A stretch of DNA of 64,000 nt from the human T2T-CHM13v2.0 reference genome, Homo sapiens (GCF_009914755.1 NC_060927.1), one strand, 5' to 3'. Counted from the stretch's first letter, positions 13,230 through 26,515 are shown. A program made the numbers and translations. Notes: generated by a model from the sequence alone, not told the origin.

Positions 13230-14165
13230 GGCCTAGTACAGGGTGCCTGAGCCCTGGTGGGTTGAGGGGCATCTGGTAGGTTTAGGTGGGCAGCCTGGCA
13301 TGAGGTGTCAGAGCCTAAGGAGGGGGAGGAGGCGTCCATAGAGATGGTTGTCTCTGCATGGCCCAATCAAGGACAATATAAACATACAAATAAATAATGA
13401 TGGTAGTGAAGAACTATAACCCACTGAACACTATAGGAAATCCATTCAGATACAGAAAAATGAATAAATTGAAAGTTGATAAAGAATGAGATAGAAACAT
13501 AGTTTCAATGTACCAGCCACACAATTGATTACAAAAGGGAAAACTGACTTTACAGTGGAAGAGTTTTGCAGACTCTCCCTTATTTCAGTGATCAAAGTGA
13601 GCTTTAGTAATGGAATTAATCAAAATTATGTGATACCTGAGGATCAACAACACAGCATCACTCCTGTGATATTCCTGCCAAAGATGCACAGCTCAAATCT
13701 AATTATGAAGGAACATTGGACAAATGCAAATTGAAAACGTTCTACAAAACAGCTGGCCTTTATATTGCAAAAATGCCAAGGTCATGATAGTCAAAGAAAG
13801 ACTGAGGAGGCTGTTATCATCGAAGGAAACTAAAGAAACCTGACAAACGTATAATGTGATTCTAAGCTGGATCTTTTTGTTAGAAAGGTCATTATTGGCA
13901 CAATTGGTGAAATTTAAATGGAGTTCTGAGGAGTAAATGGTACTGATGTATTTGTGATAATTTATTACCTTTTTTGTAATTTCTTGATTTTAATGATCGT
14001 AGTGTGGCTGTTTAGAAAAATATCCTTGTTGGTAAGAAATACACCCCATACTATCCAAGGGTAATGGGGTAGCAGGTTGGTAACTTGTTCTCAAATGGCT
14101 CAGGAAAACAGAAGTTTATTATACAGTTACTTCTGAGTTTTCTATTTGTGATTATTTTAAAAATT
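13230..14165 (+). mobile_element. L1MC-type (L1MC3/4-like) 3' UTR fragment
   Basis: 'ggtgtcagagcctaaggaggggg', 'cacagcatcactcctgtgatattcctgccaaagatgcac', 'gtcaaagaaagactgagg'. Confidence 0.8.
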
Positions 14166-14779
14166 ATAATTTTGAATCTGCTTTTATAACCAATGACAAT
14201 CCTGCAGTTTTGACTATGCAAATTGTTACTCTAAATATATTGATATTTATATAATCAAATTAGATGATCCAAGTACCATTATAAAGCATTTTGTCTGATC
14301 ACCTGACAAATGATGACAGTACAAACTTATATTGGGGTTTCATTTGTATTCAGATAATCATTTTTCACATACTTTCTCCATTTTATGAAAGGGAAAAATG
14401 ACTTGGTGATCAAGTGCTTTGTTAAATAGCAAACAGGATAATTTATTTAGTATTTAAATTTATTTTCAGTATTGAAGTCTAAAACGTGATTTTTTTCAGA
14501 TAGCAGCAGAATAATAGATGCACTCTCATTATTCAAAAATAGTAAGATTTACTCATTACAGAAAGCAGAGGAGATAAGAGACACATAGTGTAACTTTGAC
14601 TAATTTACTGCTCAATCCAATGTTACAAATTGCAAAATTATGCAATTTCTGCTGTAACTTCAAACGTATTCTTGGTTATTTAAGAAAACATAGAAATTTA
14701 ATTAAATTAGACCCTTGATGAAAGTTCCTACCCAAATATATTTGAATCGGAATTTTAGCCCCCAAATCAGAGGCAATAT

Positions 14780-14990
14780 TAACTAACATTTATAAAGTGC
14801 TTACGTGTGAGTCTTTTTCTGTAGCTAGAGCGATACATACCTACATGCCTACATGCATATATACATGTTTCATAATAATGTAATGTTCAAAACATCATCT
14901 GTTAGATACTATTATCATAATGCCCATTTTACAAATAAGTAAACTGAAGTCTAATAGGTTGCAGAAAGTCATACAAGTTATTAAGTGAAA
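14780..14990 (-). mobile_element. MIR
   Basis: 'cccattttacaaataagtaaactgaagtct'. Confidence 0.65.
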
Positions 14991-15717
14991 GGTACACATT
15001 GTTAAGTGAAAGTATACCCGGAGTGTCCATGCTCATGCATCTCTTTACTAACCAGCTTTCTGAGGTAGGTAAGGCTGTCTTTAGAATGTCACTGGGCCCA
15101 GAGCAATTATGCCCTGCAACACTGTACCTTACCCCTCCTAAGCACTAGTGTTTCTAAGAAATATGGTTAAAAACCATATCTAAAGAAACTCAGAGTTGAA
15201 AGAAGTGACACAAGGACAGTGACAAGCTTTTTTATAAGTGAGGATATGAAATACCTCATCTAAGTGGTGGTGGGAATTATGGGTTGACTGAATTTATCTG
15301 AATCTTAAATCTTTTTGGCAAAATGAAGGCACACACATTTCATTTTTCTTAATCACCTTTCTGATTCACTGCCCTAGGCCAACAGTACAGTGGCCCTGAA
15401 GCAAGGGACCCAAGATAATCTTTACCTTCCCTTACCCACATCAATAACCATAGCAATATGCATTCACTTCAATCGTGAAAGGGGGCAGCAGTTAAGAAAA
15501 ACATTGATTATTCTTGGTATCTCTTCTGATCTGTCTTAGAAACTATAGGATATCAATTTAACCTAAATTAAGCTAAGAATGGTAATAGATGTTAAGTCCC
15601 ATATTTTTAAATTTATATATTGTTTACTTTTTAAAGTAAAATTTCTTGGGTTATTCCTATTTTAGATAGTAAATTGTTACGATAAAATTATTGTTAGGTA
15701 GATTGAAGTCCAGAATG

Positions 15718-15853
15718 GGCAGGGCCTGGTGGCTCACGCCTATAATTTCAGCACTTTGAGAGCCTGAGGTGGGAGGGTTGCATGAGCCCAGGAGTTTGAG
15801 ACTAGCCCAGGCAACATAGAGAGACTGTCTCTACAAATTAAAAAAAAAAAAAA
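15718..15853 (+). mobile_element. FLAM_C-like Alu monomer
   Basis: Single left monomer with polyA; TSD aagtccagaat / aaatccagaat. Confidence 0.9.
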
Positions 15854-16474
15854 TCCAGAATAGTTCTGCTTTGCTAATCTAATCGGGGCGGGGGAAGTAT
15901 TTTCCCAAATTATCTTCAATTAAAAGAAATAAATTCCATGAGATTGTATTTAGTTCCTAGTTTTACTCTTAAATTGTACAGAAATAATTATCTTATAGAA
16001 TCTAAATACTTTTTATTCTGTTACATAAAAGGAAACTTAGATTTTTCCCCCTGAAAGAGGTGACACAAACTTCTGTTAGAATTATATCTGATGCAAAATA
16101 TTTTCATAGTGCCATAGTTAAATTAAGAAGATGTGCAGTATTTCAGAAGGATGGTTTTAGAGCTTACAAAACATGAGTTACATCTGATCTGGTAAGTGAA
16201 TCAGCAAGATGCTAATGAGGTTAGAGAGATGTGACTGGCCCAGTCACAAGTAAAGAGAGAGTTGGCTATATTCCAACACAGAATATGATTCTCAGATGTT
16301 GTGCAGAATTTGGGAAGTGGGTCACCTCTTTCAGCCCAACTTAGTTTGCCAATTGGGTAATTATTACTCAAGTATAATAAAAAATGACACTAAAAATTCA
16401 TGAGACTCCAAAATTAAGCAATTGACAGCATCTGAGTGCTAATAGCATAGAATTACTGTAAGGATAGTACTTGC

Positions 16475-16682
16475 TTGGGGTAGGTGCTCTGGAGCCAGAT
16501 GCCTGGGTTAGAATCCCAGCTCTGCCACTTCTTATTATTAACCCAGTCCAACCTTTCCAAGCTTTAGTTCACTTAACTGCAAAATGGAGAGGATAATAGT
16601 ACCTACTACTAAACATTATATGAGTAAATTCATGTAAAGCCCTTAGAAAGGCCCTTTGCATGTAGGACTCAATAAAAGCTAT
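16475..16682 (+). mobile_element. MIR
   Basis: 'ctctggagccagatgcctgggttagaatcccagctctgccactt'. Confidence 0.85.
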
Positions 16683-16894
16683 GAAAACAGTATGAACAAT
16701 TCTGCGTGTGGGTGCTTATATATTTGTAATATATATAAAACAACTATTTTTTAACAAAAGATTTCATAACTGACTTTTATAAGTTTATGCAAATGCAGGA
16801 AATTATGCTTTTTATTTCTATGATGAGCTCATTCCTGCATTTTGCCTCCATAGATGGAAAAATAATTTGATCTTTAAAAATAAAATGACGAAGC

Positions 16895-17355
16895 TGCTGG
16901 ACTGGCTGGTCTCCATTTGCTCCTCCAGATCCATTCGCTTCTGTGCTGTGCCTTGTTATGCTGTAGAAGGTTGACTTCTACTTTATCCAGCCCCAAGTCT
17001 TCCTTGCCCTCTTGTTTCTGTTGGGTTTGTCCAATGGGAAACACTGCTAGGAGATGGTAGAGTAGGAGGCTAAAAGGATCAAAGTTTTTTTTCTGCTCAT
17101 TCCCTCCCTCCCAGTTCAAGCGTTGGCTGTGAATGTATTCCTCCATGGAAGGGATAGCCCCTTCAAAAGGCCAAGGCTCTTACTTTGTTCCATAAACCTT
17201 TCTCCTTTCCTCTTTTAATTTAGAGCTGTTAAAACCATCTAGCTGTTCCTAGTGCCTGAGGAAGGGTGCTTCATGATCTCTTGTCAGATCCCTTGTCTTT
17301 TTATTAAACTCTATTCAATGATTTTTTTTTTCTTTTATGGGTTCTGACTGATCCA
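16895..17355 (+). mobile_element. LTR33-like solo LTR (ERVL)
   Basis: 'ccatttgctcctccagatcc...cttgccctcttgtttctgttgggtttgtccaatggg...ctgactgatcca'. Confidence 0.75.
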
Positions 17356-18904
17356 GATGCCTTTAGTTTACTTATTTTTTTTTCTACTTTGTTAGTACTG
17401 TTAAGGCTCACCTTAACTCACCTTAAATTGTACTGTTTTTAAGTTACATATTTTAGATCATAATATACCTATTTAGAATCATTTTTAAAAATAAACTGGA
17501 AATTATCATAATGTCCAGATTGTTTAACCTCTGCTCCAATACGTAAATTCTGTGTATTGTAAGAGGTTTTTTAAATTATAGTTATATAATTTATTAGTAC
17601 CACTCAAGAGTGGGGCTGGATACTAACTAAAGATCAATTCTAAATCAGAATTCCAGAAACACAGGCAAAGCCTTGAAATGGATGTATAGCAAAATCTTTT
17701 GCCCTGTCATGAAGTTTTGTTTTGTTTGTTTTGTTTTTAAAGAACTGGTTCACTCATAATTGTTGGCACTGTTATCAATGGCATATAACTATAATCTCAT
17801 ATATCACTATCTATAGATATATGAGATCTCATATATCTTAATAATCTCATTTTATTATAAGTAACGATCATAGTAGACTCTTGGGTATTCTGCCATCTGA
17901 AAATGTGGCTTGGAAAATAGCAGTGGCTAAGCATTTTTGGTTTTAAGGGATGATAAAGTGAAAGACTACCTTTTTCCCTGTATCCTAAAGCCAAGAAGCT
18001 GAATTATTTATTAGTATGCTACAAAAGTAAGACCAATGCACTGAACTAAGGATATGGTATGAAACCCAAGTATATCTCCCGTAGAAATGTGACTCATAAA
18101 AATAAATGGTCTTACTTCCAGTATAGGATATTTAACAATATCTCCAAAGAGAGAGCAGAGCTACAGTATTATTATAAAGACTGCATTACCCCTTCAGCTG
18201 AGGTCTTGCCCAACCCTTGCCATTCTATATATTTACCTAAAATGGATAGAAAACAAAGTATCTTTCAAACAGTAACTAGAAGGGCAAAAGAAACTTGGTT
18301 CAGCTATGCTAGGAAGAATCATGTGTGTACTCACATGATATCAACAACAAAAAAGCCTGAATGGAACTGCTCAATTATGAGCAATGTGAATGGAAATACC
18401 GCACAAATATACAAACATATCACAGTAAAATAAAATAAAATGTGCAAGAAAGAAGAAGAAATTAAGAAAAAAATATAAATTTCAAAAGAAGGATAAATAT
18501 CCCAATATAGACGAAAACATACTTCAAAGCATAAGAAAATTCATCACAATGTCACCTTAGAGAATAATAAGAACTTGAATTCAAGAACTCCAAGCTAACA
18601 TGATGAACAATAAAAATCAGGGCAGTTATAGATTTAAAAAAACAAAAGAAGGCTATAAACATCATCACAGAAATAAAAAGGTAAAGTAGAAAATAGACTT
18701 CACTAAAAATTGACACACATACACACAATAGGGAATGGTTTTCACCTAAAGGAAATGGTGACTGACTACTTAATGGTAAAATTTGAGATGATTTTTAAAT
18801 ATTTATATCATCTTCACTTTTCTAATATTTAAATGGTTTGTGGTAAACATGTTTAAGTTTTACAAGTAAAAGACTGATTTACCTAAAAAATTAGGTGGTA
18901 TATT

Positions 18905-19260
18905 ATAGCAGACATTGTTAGTGCCCCACCCACATCCCTCCAGCCCTTCTGTGGGCTCCAGCTGACTCTCAACCCCAAGGTTCTCATTTCTCTGCTCAGG
19001 CTCCCTGGCAACCCGCCCCACTCTTGGAAATCTGCTGTACCCCACTACACACTGACAATGGTCCAGAAATGCTGGAAGGTTAACACCCACCCCAGCAGCC
19101 TTAAATCCACCTGCCTTGAACTTCAGGTGGGAAGTTTCTCCATGAGATTAACTCCAGTTACCCACCCCCAGTTTCATGGGCCCACCACCATGCTTATGTC
19201 CCCTGATCATTTCAAATTATTTGCATTCAAGTCCTTGTCTTGGAATATGCTTTTAGAAAA
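18905..19260 (+). mobile_element. Old ERVL-type LTR (LTR16-like)
   Basis: Start 'tagcagacattgttagtgccccacccacatccc'; end 'ttgcattcaagtccttgtcttgg'. Confidence 0.5.
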
Positions 19261-19911
19261 ATTAATATATACATCATATAAAAATAATACAATATAGTAA
19301 TGAAAATAATAAACACTAAAATTTTGAAAGTTTGTCAAAACAATTTTGAGCAATTAATATGATTATTTTATGCTTTTTGTTCACTTTAGGGTTTTACATT
19401 TTTCTATTATAAAGAAAAAATTCATAAATAAAAAGTGAAGCAAAAGATATAAACTAAAGTAAAACATTGAAACAAACATTGTTAGTGTAAAATAATAACC
19501 AATTTCTACACCTAAGCAGCACTAAGTTGGGAGTACTAAGTTGCAAGCCGTTTCCCTTGACAATGTCAATTTTACATGATGAGTCTGGAGGTCCATGCCA
19601 TTCACTATTATCCTCAGGTCGGTATCCTCTCCCCTAGTTCCTTCTCTTTCCCTAACAATTGTTTTGATGCTGTTAATCTTTTGGAATTACACTGTCACAT
19701 CATTGTACTATCCCATCTAATTTTCTGCCTAGACAGAACATTGTATATATCAGAAAAGTCTGTTTTCCAAAAAATAACCAATTTATGTAAAAATCATAAA
19801 GTATGAGACTGATAAAAACTCAATAACACTATTTATTGCAATTTAATAATTTTATAAATTATATCCAGAAACATAATGGAATTCATTCAAGGTCAAGGAG
19901 CTAGTTAAAAA

Positions 19912-20346
19912 CGTGAAAATTGTCAGAATTAAAATGGAGGCAATTGTGTTAAAAATCCTGACAGATGGAGCTCGGGAAAGCAATGAAGAAAGGGTTCCCA
20001 TTCACGAATGCCTGACAACAGGAATTGTCAGAAAAGACTGCAAAACCACAACCTTGCACAAAGGCCATTGCAACCTTACACAAAAAAAAATACTTCTGCA
20101 AGGATATCTGCCCAGCAACTGCCTATCTGACTTCAAACTGGTGCCATCCTTATTATTGATCCTTGTAACCAGGAATAATTATCTCGAAATAATTGTGTAC
20201 TCCTCTTCATTTTTCTTTAAAAACCATTGCCTTTCTTTACCCTCCTGAATAAGCACATAGTTTACTACGGTATGTGTATTCCCATTGCAGTACCCATGCT
20301 AAATAAATATCATTTTCTTTCAGAGTGCTTATTATTTAGATTAATA
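19912..20346 (+). mobile_element. MER65-like solo LTR (ERV1)
   Basis: 'gtgaaaattgtcagaattaaaatggag...accacaaccttgcacaaaggccattgcaaccttacac...ctgcccagcaactgcc'; AATAAA near the 3' end. Confidence 0.8.
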
Positions 20347-20408
20347 AAAGCAACGAGGACCAGAACCAAATAAGGTCTCCTTAATTTTAGCCCAATTATT
20401 TTCAAAGT

Positions 20409-20929
20409 AACTCCTCATTCCAAATCCCCTTCTCAACCTACTTCCCTATTCAAATGCTTGACAGACATTGATGTGAGGGTGACAGCAAACAGGCAGGCAA
20501 GACAGAAAAGGCAGTAAGAGACAGAAGCAATAGATAGAGCTTAAAATGGTAAAGCTCACGATCGCTTACTCAGGATTCAATATGATTCACTGATTTCTAC
20601 AGAAGGGACATGGGTGCGTCTGACGGATTGAACGGGAACATTGATGCAATGAGTAGCAAGTCTGAACAGGGCTGAACCAAATCCATCCATCCATGTCTGA
20701 CCAGTTTCTCTTCTAGGTTAAGGGTTAGTTCCAGTCTTTGCCACAACTCCTCTTCCTCTTTTGTTCCAGAAAGTCAAAGCTCTGCAGTTAAGAAGAAAAA
20801 TACACCACTGAAACTTTCAGATGCCTTGAGACAAGATTCTTCTTCCAGAATTCTAGTATCATTCCAAGGCTGGACTCTTCAGAAGTGATTGCCTGCAAAT
20901 TTAGGATGAGAACAAAATCACAGTTCAAG
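20409..20929 (+). pseudogene. Candidate decayed exon(s) in unique sequence
   Basis: Acceptors tttcaaAG (20408) and ctcttttgttccAG (20769); donor ttcaag|GTtagt (20929/20930); long frames broken by few stops. Confidence 0.3.
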
Positions 20930-21371
20930 GTTAGTATTTTTGAAGGATAAAGAAAAGCAAAACATTAAAATATCTCCAACTAATGAACTATTGTCTGTTT
21001 TAGTATACTTTCATGTTTTTTTTAAAAAAGAGAAGTAAAAAGAAAAATGAAATCATTTTTATTATATGATATTCAAGGTCAAACGAAGCCACAAGAGTTC
21101 ATATAGGGAAAGGTACCACATGTGGCATATTATGTCTTTTTATATTTTGCTGCCTATCACAGTCTTCTAAAGCTAAACTTTAAAGTTCTCATGTCGTAAA
21201 TTCTTTTTGCAAATTGTTGAATTATGTATTGTGTACATAACACAGTGCTGATCAGTATGGGCAATTTAGAGATGGGTAAAATGCTATCCTTGCAAACAAA
21301 AGGTTTATAATCTATTTGGTGAAAAATATAATTAGCATAACAAAAAATCAAAATAATTCAATGCTATTTGA

Positions 21372-21712
21372 GATTGACCAGGGTTGTTGGGGGAAGGATG
21401 AATAGGTACAGCACAGTGAATTTTTAGAGTATTGAAAATACTCTGTGTGATACTATGGATACACGTCATTATACATTTGTCTAAACCAACAGAGTGTACA
21501 ACACCAAGAGTGAACCCTAATGTAAACAATGGACTTTGGGTAATTATGATGTGCCAATGTAGATTTATCAGTGATAACAAATGCACCAGTTTGGTGGGAG
21601 ATGTTAATGATGGGAGATGCTACATATATGTGGGGGCAAGAGGCATGTGGAAAATCTCTGTACCTTCTCAATTCAGTGGTGAACCTAAAACTGCTCCAAA
21701 AAGTAAAGTCTG
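21372..21712 (+). mobile_element. L1MC1-type 3' end
   Basis: 'gtacaacaccaagagtgaaccctaatgtaaacaatggactttggg...gaacctaaaactgctcc'. Confidence 0.85.
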
Positions 21713-22048
21713 AAGAAAAGGAAGATATTATGAATACATGCCTATTTGCTTGATATGGGGTATGTATGTATGTGGAAGTAGGCTGTACACCCTTTTTACT
21801 TTTTGAGTTTTATACTATATAAATTTATTAGTAAAACTAAAACATACCAGGAAAGGAAGAGGAAAGGAAAAAAAGGAAAAAATAAATAAAAATAAATTTT
21901 AAAATGCGACTTCAAAGATCAGCTTTATTAATAAACTCAATCCTCCATGCTGGAATAAGCCACACCATCTGATGGCACACAATGCATGGCGTCTGTTTTC
22001 TTTGTGTTTCTCTTGAGTTTGTTTGAATGCTTTGTTTTAAAATTCCAG

Positions 22049-22183
22049 TCTTCACTTGACTGTGTTGCCAGAATTAAGGGAAGTATTGAAAAATCTATCC
22101 TCAGCCCACAATATTAAAAGGAGAGGATTCCTTTGACATCCCCACACTGTTGGCTGTATCTGTAGGAGACACTTGAGAGAAAG
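22049..22183 (+). pseudogene. Candidate decayed exon, paralog A
   Basis: ttttaaaattccAG| opens LHLTVLPELREVLKNLSSAHNIKR; 135 nt to aag|GTgaat with one in-frame TGA. Confidence 0.35.
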
Positions 22184-22648
22184 GTGAATGAATGAATGAA
22201 GACCAGACCTGAGAACGCTCCAATCCATGTTTACACCCTCCAGTGGAACTTTCCTCATCTTGAGGAAGCTGTATTCGCTTTTAATGAAGCAACTACAGAT
22301 ATTTCTGTTTTTAGAAAAATGCTTAGTGTGAGTACAGAGGAAGAAGTGATTACTTGTAATTGAAGAGTAGAGTAAGGAAGGCTTTTTAAGGGATTCAAAG
22401 TTTGATCTCAGGCTTGAAGAATTTCCACAGTGAGGATGGTGAGGATGTGGGAAGGACAGTCCAGGCTGAGGTGGCAGCACCAGCTAAGGCCCAGGGTATG
22501 AAAAGGACCAATTGAGGAATACCCCAAATGCCATTAAGGCTGACTCTGATGTTTCTAGTCTGGATAAATAGAGACAATAATGTGCTATTCACTAGGATTG
22601 GGACAAATGATGAATTTTTGTTTGAGGGATTATGAGTTGGGGAAATTT

Positions 22649-22781
22649 CAGTAGTATATTGGAGCCAGCATGAATGTCTCCCCCAACTCTGCCTTCAGTG
22701 ATGTTAAGTTAGCAGCTTGAAACAGGCCATGATGAGAGTATTTACACTATATAAATTGGCAAATGCTACAGAACATCACTG
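22649..22781. mobile_element. MER63A-like hAT element among L2 remnants
   Basis: 'cagtagtatattggagcc...gtatttacactatataaattggcaaatgctaca...catcactg'. Confidence 0.7.
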
Positions 22782-23134
22782 GTTGGAGTGATGGTGGAAC
22801 ACCTCTATGACGTTTGTCAATTGGATCAGGGACTTAGGAAACAAGACAGGGATAAAGATAGGACCTTTATCCTATCTCTAAAGAAATGACTAAAGATGTA
22901 AAGAATTTTAGATTGAGAAAGATTGACTTTGAGATCGGGAGAGATTGCATTATGAGAAATGGAATAGAAACCAGAGAGATTTCTTAAGAGATATTTACTT
23001 TAAAAAGGTCAATAAAGAAGGATTCTATAAAAGAGACAGAAGAATTATGGAAGTAGGAGACACATTGGCATAGGTTAACTTATCAAGGATAAAAGACAAA
23101 AGTGTTAGTGGTGCAGAACTAATAGCCATCATCA

Positions 23135-23380
23135 TCATGACAGCGCACATTTACTTCACAATTATTACCTGCCAAGGAATATACCATATATTTTATAAAT
23201 TATCTAATTTAAATTTCAAATATCATAAGAAGTAAATACTATTATGCTTATTTGACATAGAAGGAAACTAAAGCTTAAATTGTTTAAGTAGCCTGTGCAA
23301 AAAGAAATAACTGATAACTGGCATAGCTGAGATGCAGACTAAGCTTTGTATCAGCCCAAACGTTATGATCTTAGAAACCA
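23135..23380 (-). mobile_element. MIR
   Basis: 'gaaggaaactaaagcttaaattgtttaagtagcctg'. Confidence 0.6.
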
Positions 23381-23442
23381 ACTCAAAATAATTTCAGAGA
23401 TCATTCATTGTAACAGACCACTGAAACCTCACATAGTTTTAC

Positions 23443-25688
23443 TGTACTAGTCCATTCTCATGATGCTGATAAAGACATACCTGAGACTGGGTAATTTATA
23501 AAGGAAAGAGGTTTGATAAACTCACAGTTTCACATGGCTGGGGAGGCCTCACAATCATGGTGGAAGGCAAAGGAAGAGCAAAGGCACATTTACATGGTGG
23601 CAGGAGAGAGATTGTGTGCAGGGGAACTGCCCTTTTATAAAACCATCAGATCTCTTGAGACAAGAACAGCATGGGAAAGACCCAACCCCCTTGATTCAAT
23701 TACCTCCCACTGAGTCCCTCCCATGACACATGGGGATTATTATAATTCAAGGTGAGATTTGGGTGGAGACACAGAGCCAAACTATATCATTCTGCCCCTG
23801 GCCCCTCCCAAATCTCATGTCCCTTTCACATTTCAAAACACAATCTTTCCTTCCCAACAGTCCCCCAAAGTCTTAACTCCTTTCAGCATTAACTCAAAAG
23901 TCCACAGTCCAAAGTCTTATCTGAGATAAGGCAAGTCCCTTCTGCCTATGAGCCTGTAAACAAGTTAGTTACTTTCTAGATACAATGGGGGTACAGGCAT
24001 TGGGTAAATATTCCTATTCCAAATGGGAGAAATGGCCAAAACAAAGGGGCTCTAGGCCCCATGTAAGTCCACAATCCAATACAGTAGTTGTTAAACCTTA
24101 AAGTTCCAAAGTGATCTCCTTTGACTCCATGTCTCACATCCAGGTCACGCTGATGCAAGAGGTGGGTTCCCATGGTCTTGGGCAGCTCCACCCCTCTGGC
24201 TTTGCAGGGTACACCTCCCTTCCTGGGTGCTTTCATGGGCTGGTGCTGAGTGTCTGTGGCTTTTCCAGGTGCATGGTGCAAGCCGTCAGTGGCTCTTCTA
24301 TTTTGGGGTCTGGAGAACGGTGGACCTCTTCTCACAGCTCCACTAGGCAGAGCCCCAGTGGAGACTGTGTGTGGGGGCTCCAATCCCACATTTCCCTTCC
24401 ACACTGCTCTTGTAGAGGTTTTCCACGAGGGCACTGTCCCCAGAGCCGACTTCTGCCTGAACACCCAGGCATTCCCATATAGCCTCTAAAATCTAGGTGG
24501 AGGTTCCCAGACCTGAATTCTTGACTTCTGTGCACCCACAGGCCCAACACCCTGTGTAAGTCACCAAGGCTTGGGGTTTGCACCCTCTGAAACAATGGCC
24601 TGAGCTGTATGTTGGACCTTCTTAGTCATGGCTGGAGCTGAAACAGCTGGGATGCAGGGTACCATGTTCAGAGGCTGCATAGAGCAGGGGGAACCTGGGC
24701 CCGGCCCATGAAACCATTTTTCCTTCCTAGACCTCCAGGCTTGTGATGGGAGGGGCTGCCATGAAGGTATCTGACATGCCCTGGAGACATTTTCCCCATT
24801 GTCTTGGAGATGAGCATTTGGTTCCTTGTTATTTACTGCAAATTTCTGCAGCCAGCTTGAATGTCTGCCCAGAAAATGGGTTTTTCTTTTCTACTGCGTT
24901 GTCAGGCTGCAAATTTTTCAAACTTTTGTGCTCTGTCACCTCTTGAATGCTATGCCACTAAGAAATTTCTTCCACCAGATACCCCAAATCATCTCCCTCA
25001 AGTTCAAAGTTCCACAGATCTCTAGGGCAGGGGCAAAATGCTGTCAGTCTCTTTGTATAGCAAGAGTGACCTTTACTCCAGTTTCCAACAAGTTCCTCAT
25101 CTCCATCTGAGACCATCTCAGCCTGGACTTCATTGTCGATATCACTATCATCATTTTGACCGTTCAACAAGTTTCTAGGAAGTTCCAAACTTTCCCACAT
25201 CTTCCTGTCCTCCTTTGAGACCTCCAAACTGTTCCAATCTCTGTCTGTTACCCAGTTCCAAAGACACTTCCACATTTTCTGGTATCTTTACAGCAGCACC
25301 CCACTCTTTCAGTACAAATTTACTGTATTAGTCCATTCTCATGCTGCTAATAAGGACATACCCAAGACTGGGTAATTTATAAAGGAAAGAAGTTTAATAC
25401 ATCTCCCAATTACCTCACATGGCTGAGGAGGCCTCATGATCACAGCAGAAGATGAAGGAAGAGCAAAGGCATGTCTTACATGGCAACAGGCAAGAGGGCC
25501 TGTGCAGGGGAACTGCCCTCTTATAAAAGCATCAGATCTTTTGAGACTTATTCACTATCATGAGAACAGCACAGGAAAAACCAGTCCCCATGATTCAATT
25601 ACCTCCCACCAGGTCCCTCCCATGACACATGGGAATTATTACAATTGAAGGTGAGGTTTGGGTGGGGACACAGAGCTAAACCATATCA
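23443..25688 (-). mobile_element. Full-length THE1 (THE1C-like) MaLR provirus: LTR 23443-23789, internal 23790-25323, LTR 25324-25688
   Basis: Two direct LTRs (tgta(c/t)tagtccattctc...atatca) around THE1-int sequence; perfect 5-bp TSD TTTAC at 23438-23442 and 25689-25693. Confidence 0.95.
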
Positions 25689-26309
25689 TTTACTTCCTGA
25701 TTTTGGCCATTTCTATGATCACTAGTAAAGGATATGGTAGAAAAGCACAAAACAGAGAAGTAGTTGTATCTTTATAGTTTACAGTTATGACCAAAAATAA
25801 ATTAAGAACTTGGAAACAGAGATGACTTATATAAAACAAGCTTTTAAAGTTTTCTGTAAACATTAATTATCCAGGGTATAGTTCAGTTGTCAAAGCTAAC
25901 TAAAAATTTGGATATTATCCAACACTTTATTTACAGCAGTCTTTAACATTCTTCATCTGACTGGCTTTATAGTGTCATAGAAACTACCAAGTAAGTTAGC
26001 TTAACTTAGTCATCACCACTTTTAAGAGTGAAAATGTTAAAAACATAAAGAAAAACTTTTTAGTGAATAAGCAGTTATGGAAAAAAGTTGGTATCTTAAT
26101 AAGTTAATTGAATGATTAGCTATGGTGCTCCTTTTGAGAGAGAAGAGCTTTCTTGAAATATTAATATTTTAAAACTTATACCATGTAAGATTTTTGTTAT
26201 ATTACTGTAAAACTTCAACCTATTACAACCTTTTCTCCTGCATTTGTTGCCCACATGTTGGCCTCTAGTTACATGTGACATAAGACAAATCTATAAAAAG
26301 TAAGACTTT

Positions 26310-26515
26310 TATAGTTCTTACCATGTGATAGACACTATTCCAAGAGCTTTACATATATTAAATACTTTACTGCAACATTCCTACAAGTAAGGTAGTTTTA
26401 CCACCCTCATTTTACAGATGGAAAAAAAGAGGCCTAGTTAAGTATATTAGACCAAGATTTCAGAAGAGATTCAAACCCAGGCAGTCTTCTGAAGAATGCT
26501 CTCTCAACCACTACA
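26310..26515 (-). mobile_element. MIR
   Basis: 'ctcattttacagatggaaaaaaagaggc...gattcaaacccaggcagtct'. Confidence 0.8.

Noticed and set aside
18059-18433. 124-aa + strand ORF
   Set aside because: No recognisable domain; it runs into A-rich sequence resembling a decayed L1/HAL1 region.
23976-25275. Several 80-160 aa ORFs, including the longest in the track (162 aa)
   Set aside because: All lie in THE1 internal sequence; similar frames recur in the MSTA internal region at 42.4-43.7 kb. They are MaLR remnants, not host genes.
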